Of a DNA stretch of 64,000 nucleotides, positions 47,800 through 62,975 are shown one piece after another. Made by a program: the position numbers and the translations under genes. Each line of letters starts with the position of its first letter. Position 1 is the first letter of the stretch. The DNA is from the human T2T-CHM13v2.0 reference genome, Homo sapiens. The stretch lies in assembly GCF_009914755.1 (NCBI RefSeq), contig NC_060935.1. The stretch is one strand, 5' to 3'. The notes under the pieces are model-generated. The model was given only the letters and a program-made list of their open reading frames with translations. It had not been told where the DNA came from and did no database searches.

Positions 47800-49260
47800 A
47801 TAAGGATAAATTGCATTCCAGAATTTCAAGGTAACTTACAAAATCTTCTAACGCTCATTGAGAAGTTGTTAGGCATGAGACAGGTGCAAAAAGCCTGAAG
47901 GACAAATATCATTCTAAACTTTCAAAATGTGGAAGGAGATCAAATAAATTTCAGATATTCTGCAATTCCACTGTCCAATACAGTATCCACTAGTCACATG
48001 TGGCTATTGTGCCTTTGAAACGTGGCTAATACAAATGAGGAACTGAATTTTTAATTCAATAGAGGTGTGCTATGGTGGGAAATACATACTAATTGCAAAG
48101 ACTTTTATAAAAAGGAATAAAACATTTCATCAATAATTATTTTTATATTGATTGCATGTTAAAATGATGACTTTTTAATAGATTGGGTTAAATAAAATAT
48201 ATCAGTAAAATAATTATACCTCTTTTACTTTTTAAAATTTGGCTACCAGAAAATTTAAAATTACATATGTTTCTAGCATTATATTTTTATTGGAAAATGC
48301 TGTTCTAGAAAAGTAATTAAGATGATAATTCATACACACTTGGAAGAGGATACAGGGATTATTAGATGCACTGGGAACAAAAAACTTCAGACTGACATTT
48401 CCTTCTTTGGAATGGTAACCAGGCCAATGAATCAAGTGAACCAACAGACCTGGTATATCTGAATTTCAGTAAGGAATTTGATTTTTTTTTTAATGATGAG
48501 AACATGGACCAAGTACAAATTAGTTGAAAACCTATGGCGCTGAATGATGAATTGATTTCAAACATGAAACAGATTTTTAGACCCACCAGGCTCTGAATTC
48601 TCTGGAGGTCCACAGTTTCAATGAAGATTTAGATGAAGATAAAGACCAAGACTTTCCTATTTGTAGATGACAAAACTGGGAGATAAACTATCAGTCAAAA
48701 GAATCAGGATCCCAAAAAACCTCTGAACAATGAGTTGCAACTTTTCATTAAAAAAAAAGAAAAACAACATAGTAGGAATAAAAGCTAAGTACTGTTTTGG
48801 GTTCCAAATTCCCAACTCTACAGGTAGAGAAGAGAGCATTTGCACATGAAAATCAGAGGTTTTAGATGACTACAACTGTGTGAATCAGAATATTTAACTA
48901 AGAAATGGAGGACAACAGGGTTACCTGAAATGGGCTGTGATTGTAGAATTCTATAAGTACATTTACCTCCAGATAGACCATTTAAGGAGATATATTTTTA
49001 AAATCATTACGCTGTTTGTTTTTAGACTAGGAGAACAAGCGTGGGGATGCTTACTGCTTTGACATAAGCAGTCCTCTTAAGGAAGAAATGGAGGAATTGA
49101 GAATTCTAATCTGAAATAAGACCACTCAGAGAGGACATGATAGCCATTTCCAAGTTTTAAAAGTCATGATATAAAATAGGAATTTCCCTTGATCTCCTGA
49201 CTCTGAAAGCTGAAGCTGGGAGCAGTGAGCGAAAACTCATGGGAGACAATTTTCTGCTGC
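47800..49260 (+). mobile_element. Ancient CR1/L3 LINE remnants
   Basis: TATCTGAATTTCAGTAAGGAATTTGA (YLdFskaFd-like), TTTGTAGATGACAAAACTGGGAG (FaDDtklg-like), GAGAGGACATGATAGCC. Confidence 0.5.
47968..48305. mobile_element. MER33/MER3-like hAT-Charlie element
   Basis: CACTGTCCAATA...CCACTAGTCACATGTGGCTA ... TTTTATTGGAAAATGCTG ends. Confidence 0.65.
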
Positions 49261-49802
49261 ATGGCTGAGATTTTCTATTGAGAAATAAGAGAATATAACT
49301 AGAGTCAGAATATTTGGCCTTTAGTCTCACTTCTGTCGTTTGCTAGACAGCTAAGTTTGAGCAAATCATTTTGTTAATACTTCTATATGAAATCAGTTTT
49401 CTTTCTTAAAAATGTTTATTGATATTTTTTCATGATTTCTTTGGTGGGGGGGTATAAGGGTTACAATTAAAAAAAACTCATGAAGGTTCTTTATAAACTA
49501 TAAAGCAGTTTTGCCTGTGTTTCTCTTACTAGAGCTGGCCTTGTCTTAGGGGTTTCCAGAACCGTCCTGGTGGTTACACTGGATTTAAAACTTAGGATTT
49601 TCTATTTCGAGACTCAATGGATTGCTGCCCTGAGGTTTAAGGCCTGGCATTATGCCTTGCAAGTAGTATCTGGAGGTAAAGAGAGACCAGGTAACTCCAT
49701 CTAGTGACATTTAGAAGGATGCTAAGTGAGGAGGGAGTGAAGCTTTTTGCATCCTTTTGAGGGACTTCCTGTGCCAACTGGAGCTCTCTATCTACTGTGC
49801 AG

Positions 49803-49929
49803 CTTGTGGATTCCTCAGGCTGGGCCACCATCCTGGCCGTGATCTGGCTGCACAGCAATGGTAAGGACTTGAAGTGTGAATGGGAGCTTCTGGAAAGGAA
49901 GGCCGTGGCCTGGATGCGTGCCCATGCAG
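49803..49929 (+). CDS. VWA5A: VWA5A coding exon 16
   Basis: LVDSSGWATILAVIWL...WMRAHA; CAG|GTAGGA donor. Confidence 0.92.
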
Positions 49930-50431
49930 GTAGGAGCACAATCCTAAGGCCTGTCTCCTTCCCCTTCCCTGGCCTGGCGGAAGGTGACCACAAGAGAGTC
50001 CCATTGTCACCTGCCTCCACCATCCTGCTTCAGATCTTTACTAATCTTTCTGCTAGTTCTTTTCTTGGGAGGACAAGGGTGAAATATTAAATTGGGGACA
50101 AGGTAGGTGGGTGAGTAGGGAGGGAGAGGGACACAAATGGGGAGTGTGAACTGTGAGAAGGACAAGTGGCATTGATTCTCCTTACTGTCTCAGTACCAAG
50201 CTGAGTAGAAGACTAGACTTGGTGCGTGTTCTCCTGGCTGTTTGTTATCTCACTGCAGCTGAGTGTATCTGGAGCCAGAGAAGATTCAAGGAGAATCTGG
50301 GTAGCAAGAAAAGAAAAAGCAGGGATATTGAGGACAGATAAAAGCACAACTCAGGGTAGATGATCTGGGAGGTTTGGAGGAGCCTCTAATTGCAATCCTT
50401 CATCCCTGCTTCTTGTTTTTCCTCACCACAG

Positions 50432-50511
50432 GCTCCACCATGCCTTCGGTTGTGAAAGCTGCTATTACTTTCCTGAAGTCATCTGTGGATCCTGCTATCT
50501 TTGCCTTTTGA
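50432..50511 (+). CDS. VWA5A: VWA5A coding exon 17 (last; stop TGA 50509-50511)
   Basis: GSTMPSVVKAAITFLKSSVDPAIFAF*; CACCACAG acceptor. Confidence 0.93.
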
Positions 50512-51443
50512 AGATACCATCCAGAAAAAGAAGTGCCTTTAATTTGCTACTGTCATTTCCTCTAGTATCACTTTTGCTGTGACGATGTGTTCTTGTGTTT
50601 TATAACTCTTTATTTTTTGCCATAAAAGTAAAGGATGCTTACTCCACTTCGCTTCTCTGCTCCAGGTTCACTTTGGATATGATCTTTCTTTTCCCAACAT
50701 ATGCCCTCAGAAAAGTGACAGTGGTCCCAGAACCTATTCCCTTTCTTGAGGGAGTTCAAAACATTCATAGGCAGTAATGTTCCTCCCAGGGTTTCCAGGG
50801 AAACAACATGAAAAACAGGTGACATGAACTACAGACTAAAGATTGCAGCATTTATGTTAGAGAATGCTTGAATTAGAGAATTTTCTGCATTATCTTTGTC
50901 TGTTCACTTTCTATCTTATATACTTATCAGGGCCATACTGGTAAGCTTGTGTAGGAGGAGTTAGAGGGAAGTTGAAAGCCAACATCTGGATCAATGTAAT
51001 GTCAAGATCACAAAGAGAGAGACTGCAGGGGTCCACTGTGAGAGGTGACACTGTTGGGGACCTTCCTGATTCATTCTTCTTGGGCTTTGCTAGCCTGTAC
51101 AACCTACATGTCTTTTCTTCCACTGCCTGAAAGACTTGGGTTGAACTATAACTGTTGGAGAGAGATGTTCCTCTTTAATCATGAAACACCTTAAGAAGTC
51201 TATAATGCAATCCTTAGTCCTACCCTGAACCTATGTGTCCTCTAAGTCAGGCCCTGATCTAGTGCAGTAAAGGGAAGGGTGGGCTTAATGGGAGCTTTGC
51301 CTGGGACCTGAACCTGGAGCACTTACCGCATTAGGAAGAAAGGAGCTCCCCATAATCGTTCCTGACCCTTGTGTCTCATATACCCTATCCTGGTGGAAAT
51401 GACCCTATTTGATATGCTGTCCCTTAAAATAACTTGTATCAAT

Positions 51444-51612
51444 ATTAAAATGACTATTTCTACCCTTTGATGAGTAAATGCAGTGGTTCTTAAAGTGGTC
51501 TCGTCTCCCTACCCCACAATATTTTGGTACTGCCACTTTGGGAAGCCAAACTAGGATAGTAAATTGACCAGAACACAGTTGTGGAAATTTGACCTGAAGT
51601 TAGTGAAATAAA
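51444..51612 (+). terminator. Candidate VWA5A poly(A) signals
   Basis: ATTAAA 51444-51449, AGTAAA 51473-51478, AATAAA 51607-51612, about 1 kb after the stop codon. Confidence 0.55.
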
Positions 51613-53129
51613 ACTTAGTAGGGAAAAAAAGCTTAGCAAGAGGTCTACTCCTCCATAGATTCATTTATTGAACTTACATTGGTTTTATTGTCCCTTGTTT
51701 TCTGTTCCAGCTTTTCTGATGCCTCCACTGTTCCCATGGTATCCTGACCCTCTATCTTCTGTTGTAGGCTGACTTCTTTTATATGAAGCAAGTAAAGGAT
51801 ACTAATAAGAATACCACTGTAGAATCCTGACCATACCCTTAAATAGTTATGTGATGATGGGCAAATGATTTCACCCTCAGGCACTTAATATCCTCATCTG
51901 TAAAACTAAGGGATTAAACTAGAACTTTATTAACACTTTCGAGTTCCACTCAGAATTCCTAGAGGAACATCGGTGACTTTTCACTCAGAAAGTGGGTGGA
52001 CTAGGCCTGAGTTTCTTTAAGTTGTTGAGTTACCTGGTATTAGGAAGACTTGTGTGACTTGCATAGTGGACTCTAATCTCTCAGTCTTTCTTCCAAGTTT
52101 GTTTATGCTGAATGTGATCTGCGGAACAGGGTTGTTAGAAATGCAGCTTTTTAGAAATGCAGAATTTTAATCGATACCAGGAACTACTTTATTTAACAAG
52201 GCTCCCAGGTATCATGCATGCACATTGAAGTTTGAAAAGTAAAGGCTTAATATTTTCATGAAATAGGCTTATATCCAAGCCTGCCATCTAGATAGGCCCT
52301 ACCTATGTAATTTCAGAAAATAGTTTCTTAAGGACCGTGAAACTTGTATAGTTAACCTCTGTGCACACAATGCTGTGACTTTACATTTATTATGCGGAGC
52401 GCTTATCGTTTACCTCCTTTTTTCTCACCCTTCAACTTCCAGACTGGGGCTTGTGGACTTAGTGCGGGGCGTTCTAAAACAAAAACTAAACGAACTAAAA
52501 GAAACAAAAAAAAAATTATCAACCTGTCTTTTGACCTCTTTAAAATAAGACAACTACAGTTTTAAAGTGGCGTGGTTTTATTTTTCCATTTGGGCTCCTG
52601 CACAGTGAAATGTTGTGCCAACTGTAAATTCCTCGAATCTAAACAAGTGTCAGTCTTCATAATCAGCAAATGGCATTTTGGCACATTTGTTGAAACCCCA
52701 TTTCAAGTCTGATGCTTTATGTTTTGGGAAAGTATAAAGAACCATCTGTAATTTCAGAAACTGGTGGTCCAGGCAAGGAGCCCAGGAGAGAAGCTGTTCT
52801 CATCTCCCATTAGTTGCCTTTATCTAGTGCTTGTTTCCCCCACAGCAGCAGACTTGGCCACAGGAAAAGTGGCAGATACCATTCCCTCAAGATTCTTCCA
52901 CTCAAACAGGCCAGGAGCTCCCCTGGAGGGTTCTCTGTTCTACACAGACTTACTAATGAAATCCATCCTCCGTCTTCCCCAACTCTAACACAGTCCCACT
53001 CAGGGTCACTGAGCATCTGCTCTTCCTCTCCCAACTCACAGCAATTCCTTCCTTAAAAACAGTCCATCTGCTTTCTGGAGTATCTGATTGACCAGGAGAA
53101 AACCAAAAAAAAAAACCCATGCAGTGAAC

Positions 53130-55050
<1,921 letters not shown>

Positions 55051-55157
55051 AGGTTTGTAAATGTCAGCAGTGACTCTGAAGTCACCTGTCTCTCAGGATT
55101 TCAGAATGACTATTTACCTGTGTTCTCAGTTTCTAAAGGGTACAGAGAAATGAGTTT

Positions 55158-55538
55158 TGTATTATTCCATTCTTGCATTGCTATAAAAAGAAAACCTGAG
55201 ACTGGGTAATTTATAAATAAAAGGTTTAATTGGTTCACAGTTTGGCAGGCTATACCAGAAGCACAGCAGCTTTTGGGGAGGCCTCGGGAAACTTAGAATC
55301 ATGATGGAAGGCAAAGCAGCTGGTGTCTTCATGTGGCCAAAGCAGGAAGACGAGAAAGAGGAAGGAGGTGCTACCCACTTTTAAACAACCAGGACTCGTG
55401 AGAACTCTGTCACAAGAACAGCACCAAATGGGGAAATCCACCCCCATCATCCAATCACCTCCCACCAGGCCTACCTCCCACACTGGGATTACAATTCGAC
55501 CTGAGATTTGGGTGGGGACACAAATCCAAACCATATCA
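55158..55538 (-). mobile_element. MST-family MaLR solo LTR
   Basis: TGTATTA...CCTGAGACTGGGTAATTTATAA...CAAACCATATCA; TG...CA ends with near-TSD AGTTT/TGTTT. Confidence 0.85.
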
Positions 55539-58093
55539 TGTTTGTTCAGCTTTTTCTTGTGGTAATGGTGAGAGTGATGGTTTCCAAACTCTTTGCATGT
55601 TATAGTTGAAACTGGCCTCCATGTAGTCTGATCTACCAAATCTCCACACTTCACTGACCCTTCATTTACAGAACTGTACTTTTTGGAATTTCAGAGGTAG
55701 AAAACATTCTTTTTTCTATTGTGGTCTATCCAAAGTTAAAAGTTTGGGTTTGTTTGTTTTGCACATAAACCAGTTTTTATTACTAAGTGATGTAACAAAC
55801 AGACATCCTTAATGGTGAGATATGAAAATGAGGTGAGGTGTGGGGAAGAATTCAGTAATGCAGTGAGGGTCAATAAATAGACAGAGTCTCAGGTAGGGAT
55901 GAGGGTATAATGTTAGGCAATTCTTCTTAAATAATAATAAGCATAGTCATAAAGCTGAAAGTGGAATTGTATAGAAATATAGTCAGGCTTACTTTTAAAT
56001 ATATATATATTTAAAAGTATATATATATACTTTGTCAGCGATCAAGCTCTATATAGACTTTAGAATCCATGCCTTTTTTAGTCTTTATTTCACTTTTAAA
56101 AAAAAACAGCTTAGTGAAGTGTAGTTTATGTACTGTAAAATCCATTCACTCACTTTAATTCTTTTTTGAGGTACTGTAATTAACAGTTTAACATTCAGTG
56201 GATTTTTAGGGTAAAGACGCTTAAGCTTACAAGCATGTTTTCTGCTTTACTGAGGTACAATAGACAAATAAAAATGATCACTCTGTCTTTTGATTGGAGA
56301 ATTTATTTCATTTACATTTAAAATAACTATTGATAAGTGAGGACTTATCACTGCCATTTTAATTGATTTCTGTTTGTTTTGTAGTTGGCTTGTTCTTCTC
56401 TTGCTTTCTTCCTGTATTTGATTTTTTTTTGGTAGCAATTTGCTTTGATTATTTTCTCTTTATGTTTTGAGACTTTTCTTTGTGGTTATCTTAAGGCTTT
56501 CATAAAAATAGCTTGTATTTATAACCATCTATTTTAAGTTAGTAACAACTTCAACTGCATACAGAGACTCTATGATTGAAAGTATTATTATTTTTTGCTT
56601 TTAAAAATAAAAAATGTGAAATAGCTACTTGTTTTGAATATTAAGAACAAAGATTATAATACTTTATTAATAAATTAGCTGAATTATCTGATTTTGGGAG
56701 AATCTGTAATCACTAATAGATAAAACCATTAAAATGAATGTTACAGATACAATTAATACACAGCTATATATTTTCCATTTTGTACCAAATATTTATACAA
56801 TAATCATCTTATAATAATGTTCAGGTGTAAATAAATATATGAATGACACTACCACCCTGGTCCAAGATACATAGTGTTGCACATATTCAAAACAACTTTA
56901 TCAATTATGATAGATTAAAAATTAGCACTTCTGCTGTTGTGATTTCTTAATGTCCATGGCTAAACAGACACACATTAAATGCAGAAGATATTATAAAATG
57001 AAGCTGTAGTTCAAGCAGATCAGATTTATCTGAGGAATAGATAGAAATATTCTCTTATAACTATCTATTAGAATGCATGATCAAAGGACGTGTGACGTTT
57101 GAAGGCAGAGATTCTGAATTTGGGTTCAATAGTTTCTGAAGCTCCAAGAACTGATAGTTGGTTCCAAATGGACTTAATATTGATTGAGACACCAAATACT
57201 TTCAGGCTCACATTTCCATTGAGAGATGGAAACTAGTGATTCATTTTAGACATCAAACTGCTCCATCTGATTCCAAGGACTGGTCCAGTGTTCTAGCCTG
57301 TTATGGTTACCTGACTTATATCCCAACAGGTTACAGGCTTTGAAAGTGGGAGTGGGATCAGATAGAAGCATGAAAATTTGTTTAGGAATTAGTGATGACT
57401 GAGGATTTCAAATCACTCAAGAGCGTTTCCAAGGATTCAAGTCCCTGATATTGCTTTCATTTCCATCTCTCCCCAATAAAAATGCAGAATATTTTCAGTT
57501 CTATATTCCCCCACTAGGTGGGTCACACCTCATCCATAGAAACCATCAAATTTTTAGGATGCCAAGAACTTTTCCACCAGGAAAAAAAAAATGATAGGAA
57601 GGGAAGAAGAACAAAAGGAAGAAAAGAAAATAGCAGCTTCAGATATGTGTCACCCAGTAAATAGCCATTATTATACTCCTTTCCATTTTTGGGCTTACAG
57701 CCTAATTCTTCTCCACTGGGTTATCGCAGATAAAGGAAGAAACATGATTGACAATTCACCGCAGACCCTTATCCTGCCAAGAAACAACAAAGCACCTGTC
57801 ATTGGATCAAGAATGCCTAGACTTAAGCTTGCTATTCATAAATAGAAAATTTTGCTGAAGGATTAGTTGATGAATCAGTTGTTGCTAGACTATGTCATGA
57901 CTTACTTGAATACCTGGAGCAGGAAAAAAAAAGGAATTAAATTAAGCAGACTAAAACAAAGATGATGCAAATATAATGCAAATTTCCTCACAAGTAGTAA
58001 ACTTTCCAGTGGGATTTTTTTTCCCTAGGAAACAGAACATGAGCTAAATAAGTGTCTCTCTGTCTCTGTTTGTTCCTCTGATGCTTTATCTTA

Positions 58094-58403
<310 letters not shown>

Positions 58404-61400
58404 TATCTCATTATATTTTGATGCCATAATCTTGTCAAGGAATCCAGGATAAAAACAGTAATAACCATAAGGTTATATAGAAGGCTTAACCAAATATTCA
58501 AATGAATCTATTAATAATTCATCTCTCATCCAGAGACAGCTGCTTTCTGTATGGTGTCACTTTGGGAAGCAGTGATGATGTAGTGGAAAGAGAGCTAAAC
58601 CTGGGAATGCCTGCTCTTCTACTGTCTAACTTTAGAAAAGCCAGAATTGCTCTGAGGTTTAACGTCCTTATTTGTAAAGTGGAGTTAAGAAAACCCACCT
58701 GACACAGCTCTTAAGAATTAATTAAAACTACAGAAAAGTGTATTGGAAAACTAGAACAACTACAAATGTTAGGTGGTATTAGTTATTAACGAGTATTTGA
58801 AAATCAAAATTAGTGATAAACTTATTTGTCTTCATAACACAAAGGGAGAAGTCATATTATTCTGGATTTGAGATACAACCCCATCATTAACCAACTCTGT
58901 TACCTTAGTTATGTTGATTAAACTCTTTGAGATTAAGCTTTCTACTATAAAAAATAGATAGAAATACATTTTTGGTAAATATTGAAAGATATTAAATACA
59001 GAGCCCTCATCACAATTCCAGTATATAGCAAATCCACAGAAAATGTTAGCTATTATTAAAAATGTGATGTACTTACTAAGACATCCCAACAAACTGTGTC
59101 CACCCTCTGAGACCCTATCTGAGCAGTATCTGTACACGCTCCACAACCTGCTTTTCTCTTCTTTTAAAAATGCTTCAGCAACAGCTTTGGTATTACAATG
59201 GTAATAGTTTTGTAAACTTTGTAACTACTTTTGTAACTACTATGGACATATTCATAATTGCTTTTGCTTTAGGGGTTAGCTGAATTATCATCATTAATTT
59301 AAAGCTCCACTTTTATTGTGTTAGGTCAGTATCTTTGAAAAATTTTATGGTGGAAATAAAATCAAATAATTTTATACTAAGAAAAAACTTTAAGTTTTTT
59401 GAATTTATGTTATTCATTCAAATTGAGAATATCCTTAATGGTATACCTGAAAGATGGTTCTCTTTACCTCTTCTTGAATACTTCCAGTGATGAGATCATT
59501 ACATCAAAAGGTTGCTTATTTCATTGATGTACATTTTCTAATAATTAAACAATTCCTTTTTACATTGAAAATAAATCTATCTTTCTACTATATCTGCCCA
59601 TGATTCTTGAGTCTGTGTAAAATAACTCATATTGAGTCTACCCACCAGCTTTGCAAGCATTTGAAGACCACATTAAATCTCTCTTTCTCTTCTTTTGGTG
59701 CAAGACTCAAATCTCTGTAACTCAGCATAGCCTAGTGCTGAAAAGAATTGGCTTTGAGATTACAGTCTCAGCTCATTTACTTTCTAGTTGTGTAATCTCT
59801 AGATTATTTAATCTGTTTTTCAGTTTCTTTGTCAAATAATACCGTCTACTTTATAAAGTTTCATTTGGAGATTAAATGTAACAACGAATTAAACAAATTA
59901 GCATGACAGTTTATGGTAAGTGCTTACAGTGGATTGTTAATTAACTAATGGCATTTTAGTTTATTGTTTTTTGGTTTATAGCTCCTCTATTTATACTAGT
60001 CATCTTCCCAGCAATGTGTGCAGTATGTGAGACTGTTATTCTTTAGGAGTAATGACCTGAAGATACATCATGATAGTAGATGCATAATAAATATCTACTG
60101 ATTAGGCTTCTGTCTTGAATAGTGATGTTTATTAGATATAGCCATATAGTCACAGGCATGTATAGACAATTTCAAAAGTGATGAGGCAAATGGTAACACG
60201 AACTATCATGAGATCGTGAGCTTATGATATTGAGCTGAATTGGAGCAAAGACTTGAAGGTGTAAAAGACAACTAAACAAAGGGATAGCAATGCAAACGAT
60301 CTAATGTTAAAACTGGTGTTTTTCTACTATGCAAACAGTCTTGGGGGAACATATTTCCCACTTTAGAGCATCCCTTTCCAATGATATTATTACTGTTATC
60401 TCGTGATTGGGTGATGAATGTTATTGACAAACTAATTGCTCCCTCAGAAGTATCACTGAGTCCCAAGTAGGGCTTAAGGGGATCTGAGAAGAACTTTCAA
60501 GAAAGCAGTCCAGAGAGAGTGAGTGTGTACAGGTCTTGATTGTACAAATCCTATGAGACTTGATTCTTTATAAATAGGAGAATTAAGGCTCCTTTGGCTG
60601 GAGCACATTGTGCTCTGCTGAGAAAAAGTAAATGTGAGATCTTGTTATAACAGTTGGAAAACTTGACTATATTCTCAGGTGGACTGTGTGAGTGTTCAAA
60701 CTTCTACCCATGTCTCATTGTTAGCCTCTTCCCCTCACACACTAATGGGTTCACACATTGAGAATTTCCTGGTCTTTGGTGACTTCTTCCTGAAATGGAC
60801 TTAAAAATCAAATTATGGAATCACAGGATATCATGGTGTCTGATCATTGGCAAAACCAGATTCTCTCTTTCTTGCCTTTGCTGACCAAGGAGATGAAAGC
60901 TCACAGGAATCTGCGCTGCTCAGAGAGACGATTCAGGTGTGGCTAGAATTAATAACACGGGGCAGACTGCAGAAGCATTTCTTCCCCAGAATGTCACTGT
61001 TTCTATATTGTCTTTACTTTTGCCCAGTTCTTGGGTAATATGTGGGTGACTCATTCTGGCTTGGTCGCTCTCTTTAGAGATGCTTTTCCATGACACTTGC
61101 CACAGCTTATGATTGGGATCCCCATGTTGAACGTGGCTCTGCAACTTGAAAGCTCCTGTATTGGAGCTGATACTAAGATCTAGTGTTAAAGGGATAGAAA
61201 ACACCTGTTATGTGATCTCTAAAACTAAATGAAGTATTTATCAAGTGGGCTCTAAAGTCAAGACTGGAAACGACCAGGAGGAAATAGGACATGAAGACTT
61301 TTCCTACCATAATATAAAGCAATGATGTCAATGCATCTGGAAAGAGTGTCATTGCCGAGCAATGGGACAGGCTGTCTTAGAAAGCAGAGGCAAACAGAAG

Positions 61401-61632
61401 GCACAATTTCCTAATGATTGAGGGCACAGGAAATGGAATTAAACCAATCTGTCACATACTAGCTTTTCAAGCTTGAGAAATTTGCTTGATTTTTCTAAGC
61501 TTCACCTTCCTATCTATAGATAAGAACAGTAATAATAATAGTAATTTCTTTTTATAGGTATGCTTCAAAAATAAACAGCAAATTTTAAAATGCTGAGCCT
61601 GTCCTTGGAACACAGTAAGTATTCATTAAATG

Positions 61633-61639
61633 GTGTGAG

Positions 61640-61674
<35 letters not shown>
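61633..61674. repeat. (GT)n microsatellite
   Basis: Direct reading. Confidence 0.9.
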
Positions 61675-61677
<3 letters not shown>

Positions 61678-62104
61678 CATTATTATTACTAAGTGAGTAA
61701 TGAGAGATCCCTGAATCTTTCAGGCATTATACCCTGCTCCTGACTTACATAACCTACCTCATTAGTGCTGTTCTTTGCCTTTCTTTACATGGATCACTGT
61801 ATTTCTTACTTCATTATGGTAACATGAATTGGATGCTTTCCTTGCTGATACTGTTTCTCAATATTTCAGTCATCTTAAGTCAGCTTAGAAATGACTATAA
61901 GAACAAGAAGAACCAGAACAGCCTCTCTTATTAGAGTTAAAGATCTTCGACCTTTCAAGTCCAGAAGGATGTAATCTGAAGAGTATGTAATCTTAAATCT
62001 ATTCAACGATGTTATTTAATAAAATATTTTTTTGCAAATAATTACAGGATATGCACATTAAAGGAAAGTGCTTAAAGAATTAAGTTTAAGATATATAAAA
62101 TAGA

Positions 62105-62330
62105 GGGAACTAAGCTATGAAGATGCAAAGGCATAGGAATGATACAATGGACTTTGTGGACTTGGGGGAAAGAGTGGGAGGGGGCAAGGGGTAAAAGACT
62201 ACAAATATGGTGCAGTGTATACTGCTCAGGTCATGGGTGCACCAAAATCTCACAAATCACCACTAAATAACGTACTTATGTAGCTAAATACTACCTGTAC
62301 CCCAATAACTTATGGAAAAAGAGAAAAAAA
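62105..62330 (+). mobile_element. L1PB-like 3' end fragment
   Basis: GAATGATACAATGGACTTTG...GGGTGCACCAAAATCTCACAAATCACCACTAA with A-rich tail. Confidence 0.8.
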
Positions 62331-62975
62331 CCCTTCATTATAGTTCATAGTTTTGCCAGACATTTTAGCAGATACTTCATAAACTTTACTATAATACTAG
62401 GATATTTGTGTTACCGATGTTGTTATAATAAGTATGATTTCCATTTGGCAGATGATGAAACTAAGTCTATGAAAGACGTCATGTAAATTGTTTTAACAAG
62501 TATAGCTAATAAATGGAAAGGCCAGGATTCATATTAAGTTTTCTGGTTTCTAACCTAATTATTTTTCTGTTACATTGCAGAGGGCAATGAATAGTGGAAG
62601 TTTCTTATGTAAAGACATCACAAGAGTTCAAATAGTAAATATGCTCAAAAAGAATAAATCCATGGTACATAGGCTTCTAACTTAAGCTAAAGTGTTTTAA
62701 ATATGCCTCTAAACTTCTCATCCTGTAGAAGACAAGAATCTGCCTTTACAAAGCATTCCTTCCATGAGTCGAATAGACTGACTCTAAAATAGGCATTTCC
62801 TTATTATCTGATTTTTTTTTACATGGATCTCTCTCTTGCCTTTCATAAGAAGGCAGGTTGTTCCTTGTTAAAAACATAGCCAAAACACTCATCAGCAAAA
62901 AGCTTGAGAACTTGACATTGGTATTTAGACTTTGGTGTCTTGGGTACCTTTTCAAGGTTGGATGTTTTCACAGCC

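Noticed and set aside
51520-51630. AATAAA followed by a short A run, resembling a retrocopy tail
   Set aside because: Only about 7 A's and no TSD seen; more simply a distal VWA5A poly(A) signal
62940-62975. N-terminal extension of the OR ORF in the ORF track
   Set aside because: Starts at TTG upstream of a splice acceptor; the real start is ATG 62976 (MRNFS)
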